This document shows, in pieces, positions 1 to 12,646 of a stretch of 64,000 bases of DNA. The notes under the pieces were generated by a model, which was given only the letters and a program-made list of their open reading frames with translations, was not told the DNA's origin and ran no database searches. Both the position numbers and the translations under genes were made by a program. Source of the stretch: Klebsormidium nitens (Eukaryota > Plantae > Klebsormidiophyceae). The DNA lies in assembly GCA_000708835.1 (NCBI GenBank), contig DF237108.1:1-64000 (forward strand), in the 5' to 3' direction. Numbering within the stretch: the first letter of the stretch is position 1; the number at the start of each line of letters is the position of its first letter.

Positions 1-664
1 CGCAGTCTGCTTGAATTCTCCGTGCTTCTTGAAATTCTTCAAGTTCAACTTGCAAGTTGCAGGCTGAGGCAGCCTTTCCTGAGGAAGTTTTGGGAAGCTC
101 CATATGGCACCCCATGCTACCGTAGCCTGTTCAATTGCGCCTCTTTCCACGGCACCTTTGCTCTATTTGCCATACAGGATGGTCTTCTTGAAGCTGATCT
201 GGTAGCCTATAATCAGCTGCGAATGGCAGCCTTGGAGCGCTGAATTGGCGCATTTCTGTTGTTGCTGGGGACTCAAAATTCTTGAAAAGCCACCATGCAG
301 GTTCTCATGAAAGTGCTCCTCATAGGGTTTTCCTCGCTGCCGCTCTTTGCGGCTCTGTGCTGGTTGCTGACTCTAGGGTGCAGGCTGGCAGTTTTCGGGC
401 CTTGTGGACCTTGGAGCTTTGAGAATCACCAGCTAACCTTAGCAAAGAGCTGGTTCGATATAAGGTCTCCCTGGGAACCCTAGCCATAGCCAGAGGTTTT
501 CAGCGGGTCAGTGCAACCACTAGTCTTTCAATCAGGCCGTAAGCTCCTGCATTGGAGAACCCTACATTTTCTAGAACCCTTCGTTAGCTTTCCCAGCTTT
601 TTGGTCCTTGTTGTACAATACACGTAAGCTGGTAGATGTGTACATGTTGTAAACAGTGAAGCAA

Positions 665-3600
665 ATGAACGCTGATGTACGGGAGGGCTGGGAGGACCGG
701 TTCGTTGATTCAGCCTATCCAACAGAAATGGACAATTGGCCGCCAGTTTCAGAAGCAGTAGAAAGGAGCCCCCCTTCTCAAAGCTCAGTGTTTGAGGAGA
801 AGCTGTCCTGCAGAGCTGAGACCACACCCTTAAAAGAGCCATTGCACACAAGCGACTCCCAAATGAGTGATGATGGCCCAAGCAGACCTAGAATTGGCGA
901 ATTGCATGCAGAGAAGCCTTACGAGGGTCTGACAGAGCAGTCTGGGAGGCAGAAGGCATCATTGGCGGTGCCTTGGGTGCCCGAAACGGCGCTTGATTGC
1001 GGAGTTTCTAGTGAATCTAGTTCGCTTGACATAGCATTTATTGACAGCCAGGGTCCTGGGCTCAATGTGGATCTAGACTGGGAGGCATGTTGCGACGACT
1101 CAGACGAGGGCGAGAGCGAGCGAGGGGATGCGCAGCGTCTCTTCAGGAGAGTGGGGCCAGGGGTCGAGGATGACATCACTGCTGGGTGTGGTCATCAGAA
1201 TGTGGAGGACAGGTGGTTTGGGGGAGGCATTGCGAATGGTGCAAATGGGGGTTTGGAGGACAGCTTGGAAGAAGGGGGGGAGGGGGAGGGTGCATTCGAA
1301 AGTGGCTGCTCAGGGAGAGTCGTGCATAAGAGCCAAAGGGACGTGCATAAGAGCGTGGACATAAGAGACGCCGACTGGTGGCGAGACGTCCCGATCGACT
1401 TGTCCGACTGGCCCGACAGTCAGCGGTACGCGTGTCACGAAAAGTACGAGGTTTCGGAGCGGATCGGCGAGGGGACGTTCGGCGCCGTGTACAAGGCAAA
1501 GCGGAAAGAAGATGGGGCGATTGTGGCGCTCAAAAAGTGCTTCAAGCGGAGGCTGGTTATGGGCCAAGTTGAGAACTTGATGAGGGAGGTGCATGCCCTG
1601 GAACGAGTGGACCACCCTAATGTGGTGAGTAAAGAGTTTTGGGTTGGGTTTCAATGTGGGTTTGGGATTTTGAGCAGAACCACAGCCCGTTCAAGCGCCC
1701 TAATGGCTGGTACTGGATGCACTCAACTTAGATGTTGGCTGGTCATGACGTTTCTTGTGTTTGAGAATTGGTGGACAATCCAAGCACGCTGAGAACTTGG
1801 GTGGACTTTTCAACCTCTATCATGGGGTTGATTTGAGGTTCCTGCAATGCGTGTTTAGACTCTGCTTTCTCTGAAGCTTGTCAGGGCCGATCTGAGCCTC
1901 GCCGTTCTTTGGAATAGCGTACGAAGACAAGTTTTGGGCAGCTTTTGGAGCTTTCCTGATCATACGGACGTGCTCTTTAGGGGGCTGCTTCCATTTCAGT
2001 AGATAGTTTACGCAGGCTGGCGGAAAGCTTTCGCATCAAGGTCTGTGTTTTGAAAGCAAGCTGAAAGCTCCCACGCCTAGAAGCGCAACACTTTGCATCA
2101 ACCCACTGCACTGCCCGGCCTCCATTGATTCTAAAGTTCGACCTGCTGCTGACATAAGAAACTTTTGCATCGTTTGTCCTGCAAAAACAGCAACATCAAG
2201 ATGTGATTCCCTCCATCTTCGTGCCTGGAAAGCCAGCCGTACAGACCACGCTGAAAAGCCAAGTACACGACGTTCAGACTCGCCTTTTATACGCCAGGCA
2301 AAGGAACAGTTGCGTATGCTCTTCTCTGACAGGTGAAATTGTTGGACCACTACAAGATGGGCTCAGCGCTCATCCTCATCTTCGAGTTCTGCCCCGCGGA
2401 CCTTGCCCAACTGCTGCGCAACTCGGAAGCGCCCTTAGACGAGGCCGCCGTCAAAGGCTGGTTCATCCAGCTCCTGAGAGGCATCGCGGCATGCCATTCT
2501 GCAGGGATTATGCACAGAGTGAGCCTCAGCGCTTTCTCCTTTCCATATCGAATGACTGTGTTTCTAGGATTCAGGTGTAGGGTGTTTAAGCTTAAAAAGA
2601 AACGCACGACTTTGCTGTGTTTACCTGTCAGCAAGTATGTAGCCCGTCTCTGTCGCCATTTTTCCTGGAAGAGCGGTCATCTGCCTAGCAAGTCTTTCGT
2701 TCTTTAGACTAGTTTTCGTTTTCAATGGTAACAAGGGCAATCGTGTCGATCAGTCTCTCTGGCGGCGCTCGTTTGATCAAGTGAACGGGGATTCATTGAT
2801 TATGAGTCGGAGCAAGTGCGTTGACCTCTTAAGGTTATGGTTTAGTTTCTGGCTTCCTTTTGGGTTCTGAAAGATGTGAAACTATCTGCCTTCCTGACGC
2901 CTCAACTGAACACTAAGGTCGATGTATGCGGGCAATTTTTCAGTCGCATGCAAAACGATTTTCAAAATCGCGCTTTTTCGTATCGGCTTATCATTGTTAC
3001 GACTCTTTCTGGCGTCACAAAGCTTCTCCTTATATTCGCCGGATCTGAAACCGGCCAACCTCTTAGTTGTGCCGTCGACGATTCTCCAAACACTCTCCGT
3101 TGGTCGTCCCCCCACTGCAGTTTCTTTCTCACCTTTTGCAGAACCTGAAGCGGGCCATTTGTGTAATTACCTTTCACGAAACTTTCACGGTTTGTATGCT
3201 CGTCTTTAGCCGTTCATTGTTGCCGACTATCTTCTTCCCGGCAGTGTCTGAAAGTCACCGACCTTCTGAAGGCCTTCAACGGGAGACACCAAGTCTCCGA
3301 TGCTTTTTTTTCCGACCGTTCACCGTGCAGATCCGGGTTTCTCAGTTCTTGCAGGACTTGAAGCCGGCCAAGCTTTTGATCGCCTCCGACGGAGCTTTAA
3401 GGTCGCCAAGTTTGGTCGGCCCGTACAGTTTTTCTGACGTTCGTAGTTGTGAAGTTGCTCTCTTTTATGCAGGATCTGAATGCGGCTAACCTTTCAATCG
3501 CATGCAACACGACTCGAAGGAGAATAGCACTCTCCTTTCTTCTGGCCATTCGCTCCACAACTGTCTGTCTGAACGTTGCAGGACCTGAGGCCAACAAACC

Positions 3601-6600
3601 TTCTGCTTGCCTCCGACGGAACCCCCAAGGTCCATACACTCCTATTTGGGCGTTGCAAGTCTTCTGCTTACGTTCACAGGATCTAAAATCGGCCGACCTT
3701 TTGATTACCTTCACTCCGTGACAAGATCATCTCGATTGTGGCAGGACCTGAAGCCGGCCAATCTTCTGATTGCTTCCGACGGAACGCTCAAGGTCGCCGA
3801 TTTCGGATTGGCCCGTGAGTACGTGGCAGACGACGATCGGCTCTACACGCACACCGTCGCCACCCGGTAAGCCGCTGAGCCGCTGATGTCTCTCCAAATC
3901 CGCTGACGTCATGCTGGCCGCATCTGGCCGCCTTTTCTTCTCAAGTTCCACATTGACCACCAGTACCCTGCCCCTTCTACAAGCTTTAACTTCAGACATT
4001 ACCCCCGTCCTGGAAGCGGAGCATCCGGGATCCCCAAGAGATTACCCTCCCAGAATTCGACGGAAGTTGACCCGAAAGTCGACCCCTGAAGCGTGTCTCC
4101 CCGACCCCCAGAATTATTGAGCTGAAGCCGGTGGCCGCATGCTAGCTTGCGACCCTTTCCCAATCCACCGAATTCCGGAAATTCGAACTCCTCGATTTTC
4201 CTCCTTTTGACTGCCGTTACCATCAGAAAATCTTGAGAGGGACTCGATTGACATTTTTCTAAGATGCCTTCCAACTCTTGACCTCACCTTAAGTCTTTTT
4301 CAAACCCACCAGAAGTCTAGCAGTTTGCTCTTCCTCGATTCTCCTCTATGGACTTGACTGCTGCTAAGACTTCAACTCAAAGAATCCTTGAGAAGGATTC
4401 AAGTTCGTATCTTGCTCAGGTGTCCCAAAAGTCTTCAACATTCTGCCAGTTGGAACCGCGCCCTGGAGCTTCTTTCCTGGGATGCCGCTGGTGAATCTTG
4501 ACCTCACCCCCAACCATTTCCCAAACCTATCAGAGTCCGGCAGGTCGTACCCGCTACGAAATGCATGACACCCTGGAAAGCAGAACGCGTGTCGTTCTTT
4601 CCCAGATCAAACTGTTCCAGTCTTCCATCTCCAATGATACCCTCTAGGTCGTACTGCGCCTCGGAGCGTCTTTAAGGCTCCTGCCGTCACAGTGGCTACC
4701 ATAACCCCATTCCCGAACCCATCTGCATTCAGGCAATTTCATGAGATCTCTCTACAGTTTGCATGCGGCTACAACGTCAACCTTTCAAGTCCATAAAAGA
4801 GGCGTAATGCTTATCCTCTTCCAGAATATTTTAAACCCGTACTGCTTTGCAGGTGGTACCGCGCCCCCGAGCTTCTTTACGGCGCCTGCCGCTACGGCCC
4901 CGCCGTCGACATGTGGGCCGCTGGATGCATCTTCGCAGAGCTGCTCACCGGCAAACCCCTTTTTCCCGGGGACCACGACATCGACCAGCTGAACCGCGTG
5001 ATCCGCACGCTCGGGACGGCAGATGATGCCACGTGGCCCGGCGTCAGCGCGCTCCCCGACTACGGAAAGATCCTCTTTGCGCCCTGCGAGAGGGTGTCGT
5101 GGCCGGGGCTGGTCCCGGGGGGATCCCCCGGCGCGATTGAGTTGCTGGACGGGCTGATACGGTGAGGGTTCATTTTCTGATCCTCTTGGTGGGCGGGGGT
5201 ACGCAGAACTGTTTAGGGAAACTTTCTCTAGGTTCATTTGTGGGTGGAACTGCGGAACTAGTTTGGGGGTCTGTTTCTGGGATTCTTGTGAGCGAGCATG
5301 CGGAACTGGTGATGGGGGTTTCTTACTGTCGTCTTTCTGCAGCGAAGAGAAAGTGAAGGTGCTGCTGGAGAAAAGCAAAGCTAATGCCTTTCTAGTCTCT
5401 TTTGTGGTAGCAATATGAGCCACATTTAAGCGGAGCGCTCCTTGACATCCATCGTATTGGTGAGGAGGCAAGCTTCATCTGGGGGTCTCGTACATTTTTG
5501 GGGGTCAAACGATAGGCATGTTCTGCGCATCTGTTGTGCTCAGGCTGTCATGTGACACAGCGGATCGTGCCCTTTTGTAGCGCGTTTTGAGACCTGTGTT
5601 CGCTTCATAGCCCCACATTCTTCAAGGAGAACGCTCGTGAAAGTGCAAACTCACAAAGTAGCGTGTTGGTCGGATCGAAACTCCAGAGCAGCATGCTCAC
5701 TTTCCGTCTTCGCTTAATCGAGAAGGCATCACTGTCCTTGTGTTGTCTTCCAGGACACGAGCGCTTTTCGGTCGTTTGAGATCCTGATATTGTACAGATG
5801 AAGCAGGCCTAGTGATTTCTGAACCCCATTCTTACTCTCTGAGTAACTAACAATGCTCACAATCACGACCCTCCCAAGTCGCTGCGGAGGGGAGCGGTTG
5901 ACGAGAGGCGATGTTGGCTGGGCGGTTCGTCTCTCCCTGTCGAGCGATCAAAGAGAGCGGCGAACGCTTGGCCACATTCGTGCTGTACAAATTTCTGTGT
6001 TGAAACGTCATTAGACGGCTCATGTAACCTCCGGAGTCTGCCTCGAGCGGCCGACTTAGCCCCATCAGCAGTGCATTGGTCGCCTCCAGCGACCGACTTA
6101 GCCCCATCAGCAGTGCATTGGTCGCCGGAACGTTCTTGTCCTCAAAAAGACCAGCATCCTGGCAAGTGTCATCTTCGCTTTCCTTGGCTGGCTCCTGAAA
6201 CGGCCCTCATCCTAGTTACAGGTATGATCCTGCGATTACCTTGGCTGGTATCTGAAAAGGCCCCCATTCTACTTACAGGTATGATCCTGCGAGTCGCTTG
6301 ACGGCACGGGAGGCGCTCGAGCACCGTTACTTCAAGGAAGACCCGCTGCCGCTCTCTCCTGCGGACTTAACGGTGAGTTCGAAAAGCCGAGGAGAAGTGC
6401 AAAGAAGCGAAGCGGAGATCGAGTCCAGTGGCTAATGAAGTCGAAGTAATCCTGTTGGAGAGTTGCTGCCTCATTTTGGTTAGAAAATGACTTACGGCTG
6501 AAGTTGACTACTTCCTTGGATGATAAGTTTGTCTTGTGTGTTAGCGGCTTGGGGCTTCGTTCGACAGACCCTGCAACTCGAATCCCTCGCAATCAACGTT

Positions 6601-7484
6601 TTCAGTGTTTGATGTAGCTCTCAGACGGTCTAACAAATCCATTCCCTCGCGGATGACAAGTCAGCAAGCAACCAAACTCTCAACTAGAGAGAGATAATCA
6701 CGGAGCTCCTGAATCACAGGCGGTAGAAGAGCCGTAAGATTTTTCTGAGAATTCGAAGACGGCCTGCGCAGCTTTTGGGTGAGGTCGTTTTGTGGCGGGT
6801 CAGATCCGAGCCTTTCTGGCCGTTTCGATTGATCTTGCCTACGAACACGTTGCAAGAGTTACGGTTTTCACTCCAACCTGCTACAAGCCCGAGCAGTGTT
6901 GGCATGGTCAGCAAGGCGGTCCAAAGCCGCACACTTCGTTTCCTTCTTTTTTTGTGTCTGCCTGTGGGTCGTCCCGCATTATGAGGCATGTCAACGAGGG
7001 CACCTTTCTTAGTACGTCCTGGAAGCAAGTGGATCTACTCCAGATCGTTCAACTTTCTTCTGTTGACCCTCTGATGTCTCTTTACCTGCCAAAGCTCTGT
7101 ACAAGAAGGGGAGGAGACTCTGAGAACGGGAACTAACGAGCCTCTATAAGCCCCTCCGAACGTTTCTGACATTCAGAAAGATCGAGGCCGCCTGACCCGC
7201 TCGACCACGAGGACACCCCTGTCCTATTCTGAAGAGTCATGTTTTTCGATTTTGGGCACAACGATGAATGCCATCCTGTCGTCTTTAGCACGCCATAAAG
7301 CTGAATTCTGACGTTGCTCTTGGCTTCCATGAAGGTACCCCCCCCAGGGGCAAGCCCGAATACCGACGAGGACTGGGAGCTGTTTAGCCCAATCTCCCCG
7401 CCTCCTTTGTCGCCCCCTTATCTTCCAGATGAAATCCCCACGCCGCCAGCCCATGCTACTCCAGGCATTCACAATGACCCTTGA
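665..7484 (+). CDS. Cyclin-dependent kinase of the CCRK/CDK20 (LF2)/CDKF-like group, 6 exons, about 606 aa, with a long acidic N-terminal extension
   Basis: Exons 665-1624, 2333-2518, 3745-3866, 4853-5161, 6279-6372, 7335-7484; all introns GT-AG, phases consistent, total 1821 nt. Kinase motifs: [34 protein letters not shown]-loop [65 protein letters not shown]. The T-loop and LPDY region resemble CCRK/CDKF. There is no PSTAIRE. The start codon is uncertain (first in-frame ATG used). Confidence 0.9.
3030..3744 (+). repeat. Six degenerate copies of the 3' splice site plus start of kinase exon 3, inside intron 2
   Basis: DLKPANLL-like starts at 3042 ([10 protein letters not shown]), 3142 (NLKRAI), 3355 ([14 protein letters not shown]), 3473 ([10 protein letters not shown]), 3582 ([17 protein letters not shown]) and 3680 ([10 protein letters not shown]). 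The true exon starts at 3745. Five of the six copies are preceded by CAG. Confidence 0.9.
4440..4700 (+). repeat. Three degenerate copies of the acceptor plus start of kinase exon 4, inside intron 3
   Basis: cag|ttggaaccgcgccctggagcttctttcc (4450), cag|gtcgtaccc (4544) and tag|gtcgtactgcgcctcggagcgtctttaaggctcctgccg (4648), versus the true cag|gtggtaccgcgcccccgagcttctttacggcgcctgccg (4853). Confidence 0.8.
6051..6126. repeat. Intronic tandem duplication, 42-nt period
   Basis: ccgacttagccccatcagcagtgcattggtcgcc occurs at 6051 and 6093. Confidence 0.9.
6180..6295 (+). repeat. Tandem duplication (57-nt period) of the exon 5 acceptor of the kinase
   Basis: ttacag|gtatgatcctgcga occurs at 6222 (decoy) and 6279 (true exon, YDPASRL), each preceded by ccttggctgg..ctgaaa.ggccc. 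Confidence 0.85.
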
Positions 7485-10172
7485 ATTTATCTTGCGGATT
7501 CTGGCTGGTTCCGGTGGTCAAATTAATAGCATGCCGGAACCTACGTCTACTAATGCCTAAGAGCGTTATCATAGATCACTTACGTAAGTTTATGAAGGGT
7601 CTTCTGAGAAGAACGGTTGTTTGGACGAGGAGACTACAAACCCAGAAGCTACATTTCGAAGTTGATTGTTCAATAGTTATACTTCCTGCAAAAGTGGCGG
7701 CCAAGCCATTGACCCATGCTGTGGTCGGATGAAGCGCAGTCGCTTGCCTAAGTGCCGACTCTTAGCAAGGTTTCACTTCAATGTACATGTGACAAAAGCA
7801 GTCAATGAGAGTCATGATAATCATAAGGGAGCCGGGAATGGTACAAATGACATTGAATGAGAAGTTGCCTGCAGGACGACCGTGGGCTGGTCGTGGCGGC
7901 CCTGCTGCAATTCATGTGCTCGTGACCAGGCGGACGCGACTTTATATGCAATTTTCAATTCAACATGTCACTGTGCAATCTGAGCCGGTTCCGAATTGAC
8001 GTACGAAAATACACAGTTATAGCTACACGGTCAACATATTGATCAGCAACTTACTATGCATGTTTGAAATCTATACTACCTATGATGTCGGTTTCGATCA
8101 TAGCAATTGAACTCATGCATGCCATGGCCAGTAGGTCGCCATGAATCCAATTGTTGGCCTAGGGTACGTGGACTAGACATCGTGCATCGACTCATCCGTG
8201 ATCGATGCGCGCAGGCGGCCTGATTATGTAGCTAGATCTGATTGAATTAAGTCTTGTGCATCAAGCAGGATCGAGCACTGCATAATGGAGAGCTGTGCAT
8301 AGCGGATGCGTCGACATCGGTCATACTTGACTGAATGCGAGCCAATGGAAGATCGTGCACTCTAGCTAGCTTCGAAAGGCCCAGATCACGAGGAGCCCTC
8401 AGTCGATGGTCCCCCGATGGTCATGCATGGCCATGCTACGGACACTGGGCAAAAAGGTGTAGATTTTTCAACTGCTCAAGGATACATTTAATCATAGACT
8501 CAACGTGATGGCACGGTTCGTGTCGTACGGTTCAACGTGCCACAGGCTTGGAAGCATGGCCGTTCTCAGTGTGTGGCGTTGTACAATACTCTTCAACTCT
8601 CTGTTCTGGTGCAAGCGGGCCCGTCGAAGAAGCTATTATGACCGCGACATTGTCACTCAACGATTCCTAACAAACGTCCCCCCCACGTCCCCTACAGCCT
8701 GCACTGTCAGATACCAAACTTGAAACGAAAAGCGAATAGCCTCCGACGGCAAGATTACAAGCTTTGCGCAGGCCCGGAGCCTCTATGATGTTTCTGTTGA
8801 TCTATCCACGCATCCACGCACCATGAGTTCTTTCCCTTTGCATTGAGGGCCCCGCTTCCGCTGTCAATCAATCAATCAACATTCCACATTGATCGGAAGT
8901 AACCGCTGTAAATCAACCGACTTTTTGCATGATCCAGATTAAGGGTGCTTGCATTGTTGCATGCTTCGTAATCACCTCAGAGATTCTCAGACCATTTTGA
9001 GCGGTCCCAATTTCTAAAGATTGTGGCACACGAGTGTGGGAGTATCCATCACTAAAGTCAAACCGAGGCTTTCTAGGTGCTTCCGAGGCTGACTAAGTCA
9101 GCGAGGTGAGCGACAAAAGCTCAGGAGCAAGCACAGCTTTTGAGCGAATACTCTTCTCCGAAGCACAGGCTCTTTACACTCTTAGCAGTGGGCGTCCAAT
9201 CTGTTAAACCAGCTGGCAGATTTGTTAGAACTGTTCCGATTCGTCCCGGCGGCCGGTGTTACTGTTGACTCATTTAGGGAAACCAGTTTACACACGTGCC
9301 ACCACGATCTACGCATCTCTATCAAGCTGATTTCGGACCACTCCATGAAAGGAGAGCCGAGCTGTTGCCCGTAATCTGACACACAGGCGCCGTAGTGGGC
9401 ACACATCGGACGAATTCCACACTTCTACAGATTTGCTCGGTTGGGCCCTCGCAAACCACCTTCAAGTCTATTAGAAAGATCCCCTAGCCTGTGCACTGCA
9501 TATGATGGGCAAATTGCTCCTTTTAAAACTTTCAAGTCGGAGCTTGCGAAGCGACTTAGGAACTCCTTTTACGAAGTGACTTATCGACTTATGATTTTGG
9601 CGGCGAAACTAACTTGACTCGTGGACGCACGGCGCAAGGCTCGACAGGTGGTACGAATCGAAGCCACAGGGTTTAGGACCTCCCAATGGTGCAACTAGTT
9701 GCAGAATGATCTTCTCTCAGGCAGGCCCTCGAGCACCACTCCGAAGCCTACTATCCTACTATATGACTCGACGCTATTCATACAATGTGTTGCAACAGGT
9801 TTTGTCCGATTTTGCGCATGCCAACGCAAGCTCCCTCAATAGCTACCTAACACCGCCTAGCATCGGGTCAGGTACCTACTTGTATCGTCATCGTCACGTA
9901 CCAGACTCACTGGGACCATGCGGTAGGTTCCCCGTAGAGAGATGGACTCGGTAATGGAGAGACTTCACTCAGAACGATCATCTGCAGTAGGCCCTGCATA
10001 CCCGATCCGAACAGTTTGTACTATAGGGACTCAACCTGTCAAAAAGAAAGGGTTCAACAGTCGAGGAGTGCTGTAGCAATCTAGCAACCCTTTTCGCCCG
10101 GAGGAGGCTCCATGAGAAGTCATCAGCAGATCGCCCGAAAATAAATGCAAACTCATGCACATGCGTTCAGTC

Positions 10173-10257
10173 GCAGCCTGGCAGGATTTGAACCCGCGAT
10201 CTATCGAGAGTCGATGTTCGCCGAGTCCCTCGGTCTTACCGCTAGACCATTAACCAC
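10173..10257 (-). pseudogene. tRNA-like relic or tRNA-derived SINE head
   Basis: The minus strand has an A-box (TGGTCTAGCGG) with D-stem GTCT/AGAC and a B-box/T-arm GCGGG-TTCAAAT-CCTGC. The acceptor stem pairs poorly and the anticodon arm is non-canonical. Confidence 0.5.
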
Positions 10258-12646
10258 CATCAGCTGGCAACTCTTGTGCGCCCGGGAGACGGGTGGAGTA
10301 GGTAAGTGGTTAGGGAACCTAGCTAACCGTTAGGGTGGGTTGGCCACTTGGCCAGTGCGAGCGCGTGATAATCTTGGTTAGGTGTTTTGGTTTATGTGCC
10401 CCGGTAGCTCGGAATGTTGGAACTTGGTCACACGCCCGATAAGGGCGTCACCGATTAAGGGCGTCCAAGACTCTAACCCACAGTGCCTTCTTTCCCAGCA
10501 CATATCCTCGTGTCGCCGGGAAATTGATCACGTGGGACCAGATTTAGCGACCCGAAATGCGGGCATACGGGCAAGTGGCCGCCGAGGCGTTACAACTTAC
10601 GGGTCACAATATAGCATGAAAGTGTGTCAGTTTCACATTCATTCGAGTCACTGAATCCGGTCAATTCCGTACCACGAAGCAACAATTGGATGTACTGACA
10701 ACACGTCACCGCAACACGTGCATTGTTACAGGATATATGTGGTCAGTAATAACTCGATGTTCCTCCGACTTCGATACCGTTTTTCAAACTCGCCGTTCAG
10801 GTACAAAATGGCGGACTTGGGCGACCGTGGTACCATACCCCACCCGGTGATGGGGACCGACTTGCCGTTATTCTTACAGCCGGGAGCTGAGCGGGCGGTG
10901 CCAGTCTCCCAGCACCGTCCCGACGCCGACGGCGGGCCCGGGCCCGGGACTAAGCGGCCGCTGTAGTGTTAATACTGGTCGTATGAAAAGTAGACTGGTC
11001 GCCTTGTAACGGAAACGTATCTGAGACGGTGTCACGGTCGGTGTAGAAAACGTCACGGGACTTTGACAAATCTGCGTTTGGTCATTCCTAGTTTCGACAT
11101 GTGTACTCAAATCTGTACATGACCTACCAATTATGTACACGTACCAATTATGTACACATGATTGTCAGATCTGTATTTTGATTTTCTGGACTTTTTACTG
11201 CAGAGGACGCCAACAACTCCTATTTTATACTTTACCCTCAAATGATTGTGAGTGCCTGAAGACAGCTCTCAGAGGATGGAACGCCCTCAGTGGCACTCCA
11301 CTGGTCTTCAGACACTTGTCTCTTGAACCTTCGAACCCCCTTGAACCCAAAGGGATAATAGGATAATATGTCTAGTTGCCATAATATATTTGTCTCGATT
11401 GCGCCTCATTTGCATGTTTCCTTTTCTAGTTTGCTCTCTTCTCATGGACCCGATTCCTTGAGTCAAGTGACGAATGATGATTGTAGCCGCCTTAGCGCCC
11501 CGACTATATTTATTGTAAAGCTATTCTTGCCCGAAGTCGTCAATGCAGCAGGGTAATTGACGGTATGATAGTGAGCACATGTGGATCCCATGTGGATGAA
11601 ACAGATGCTAGCAATGAACTATTGAAGTCTTTTTAATACCCACGGTCCATCGATCCCTGGCAAAAAATCATCATATATTGATCACTAGTTGGATAAAATG
11701 TTTGTCACTTTCACGTCACATTCGAAGATGATTAAAATACAAAGAAAGAACCTTCTTTTCAACACTTATCAAGAGCGTCTCAACGTCCTTCGGGGGTTTG
11801 CAAAGGTGAACCAAGATCGAATGCATGATGGCGGGTCCAAAGCATCAATATGGATATCATTCAATAATTCACAACCGGTGTAATTTGCACGTCTCATTTA
11901 TGCGAGGTCCAATGCGCGGTTGATAGTATAATAGTAGGATAGTTTTGATTTTATAACGAGGCTAAACCCTTTAACGCATGCAGCTTCAAGTTCGCAGCTA
12001 CCTACATTGAAATCAGAGAAACAACATGCTATAGTATGTGATGGGTTGGGCATTGCTGAGTGCCATGGTCCCATGGAGACCATGATGATGGAGTGCGGGC
12101 GGCTAATCGGCAGCGAGTCGAATCCGTATAGTACCATCGGTCCATGCGGCATGGGCCCATGCAAGGTAGGTGTGGTAGCCTACAGTTAGTAGGTCTTGAC
12201 TCTTGACCGCCCGGCGGCGAAGTTCGAGTCGGGGCCTCGCCCGGCCAGGCGTTCCGGGGTCCGAGTCCTCGTACGCAATTCTTCCGTACTCCCTTGCCAT
12301 CATGGTCAACGCCCGCCGAGGGTGTGGCTGGCCGATTTCTTCAGAGCCGCGCAAATTGCGGAGTTGCCTCCGTCCTCGACCGTGCGAGAACACTATGAGG
12401 TGTACCAAAAGGGTACACCTGTCTGCGAGTACACTGACCTGCACGTTTCTGAGCGTACCTTCTGAGTCCTGTCGTCGCCATGCTCTTCACACACGCACAA
12501 ACCCCCGTGTAAGCGTGCGTGTAAATATCCTCAAACGAACACCGACAACGTGAAGCAGCTGCGTCACCACAGCTTCTGCTCAGCTCTGATTGGCCAAGAC
12601 GCAGGATTGACTCCACCGGCCAATCAGCGAAAGCGTCAAACCTTCC

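Noticed and set aside
1-130. Minus-strand frame MGCHMELPKTSSGKAASACNLQVELEEFQEARRIQADC running off the window edge
   Set aside because: It could be part of a divergent gene but is too short and has no recognisable motif.
10720-10975. Minus-strand reading GRCWETGTARSAPGCKNNG..., faintly like an HNH/Zn-loop endonuclease start
   Set aside because: No start codon or splice context and no downstream H-N-H residues; the similarity is impressionistic.
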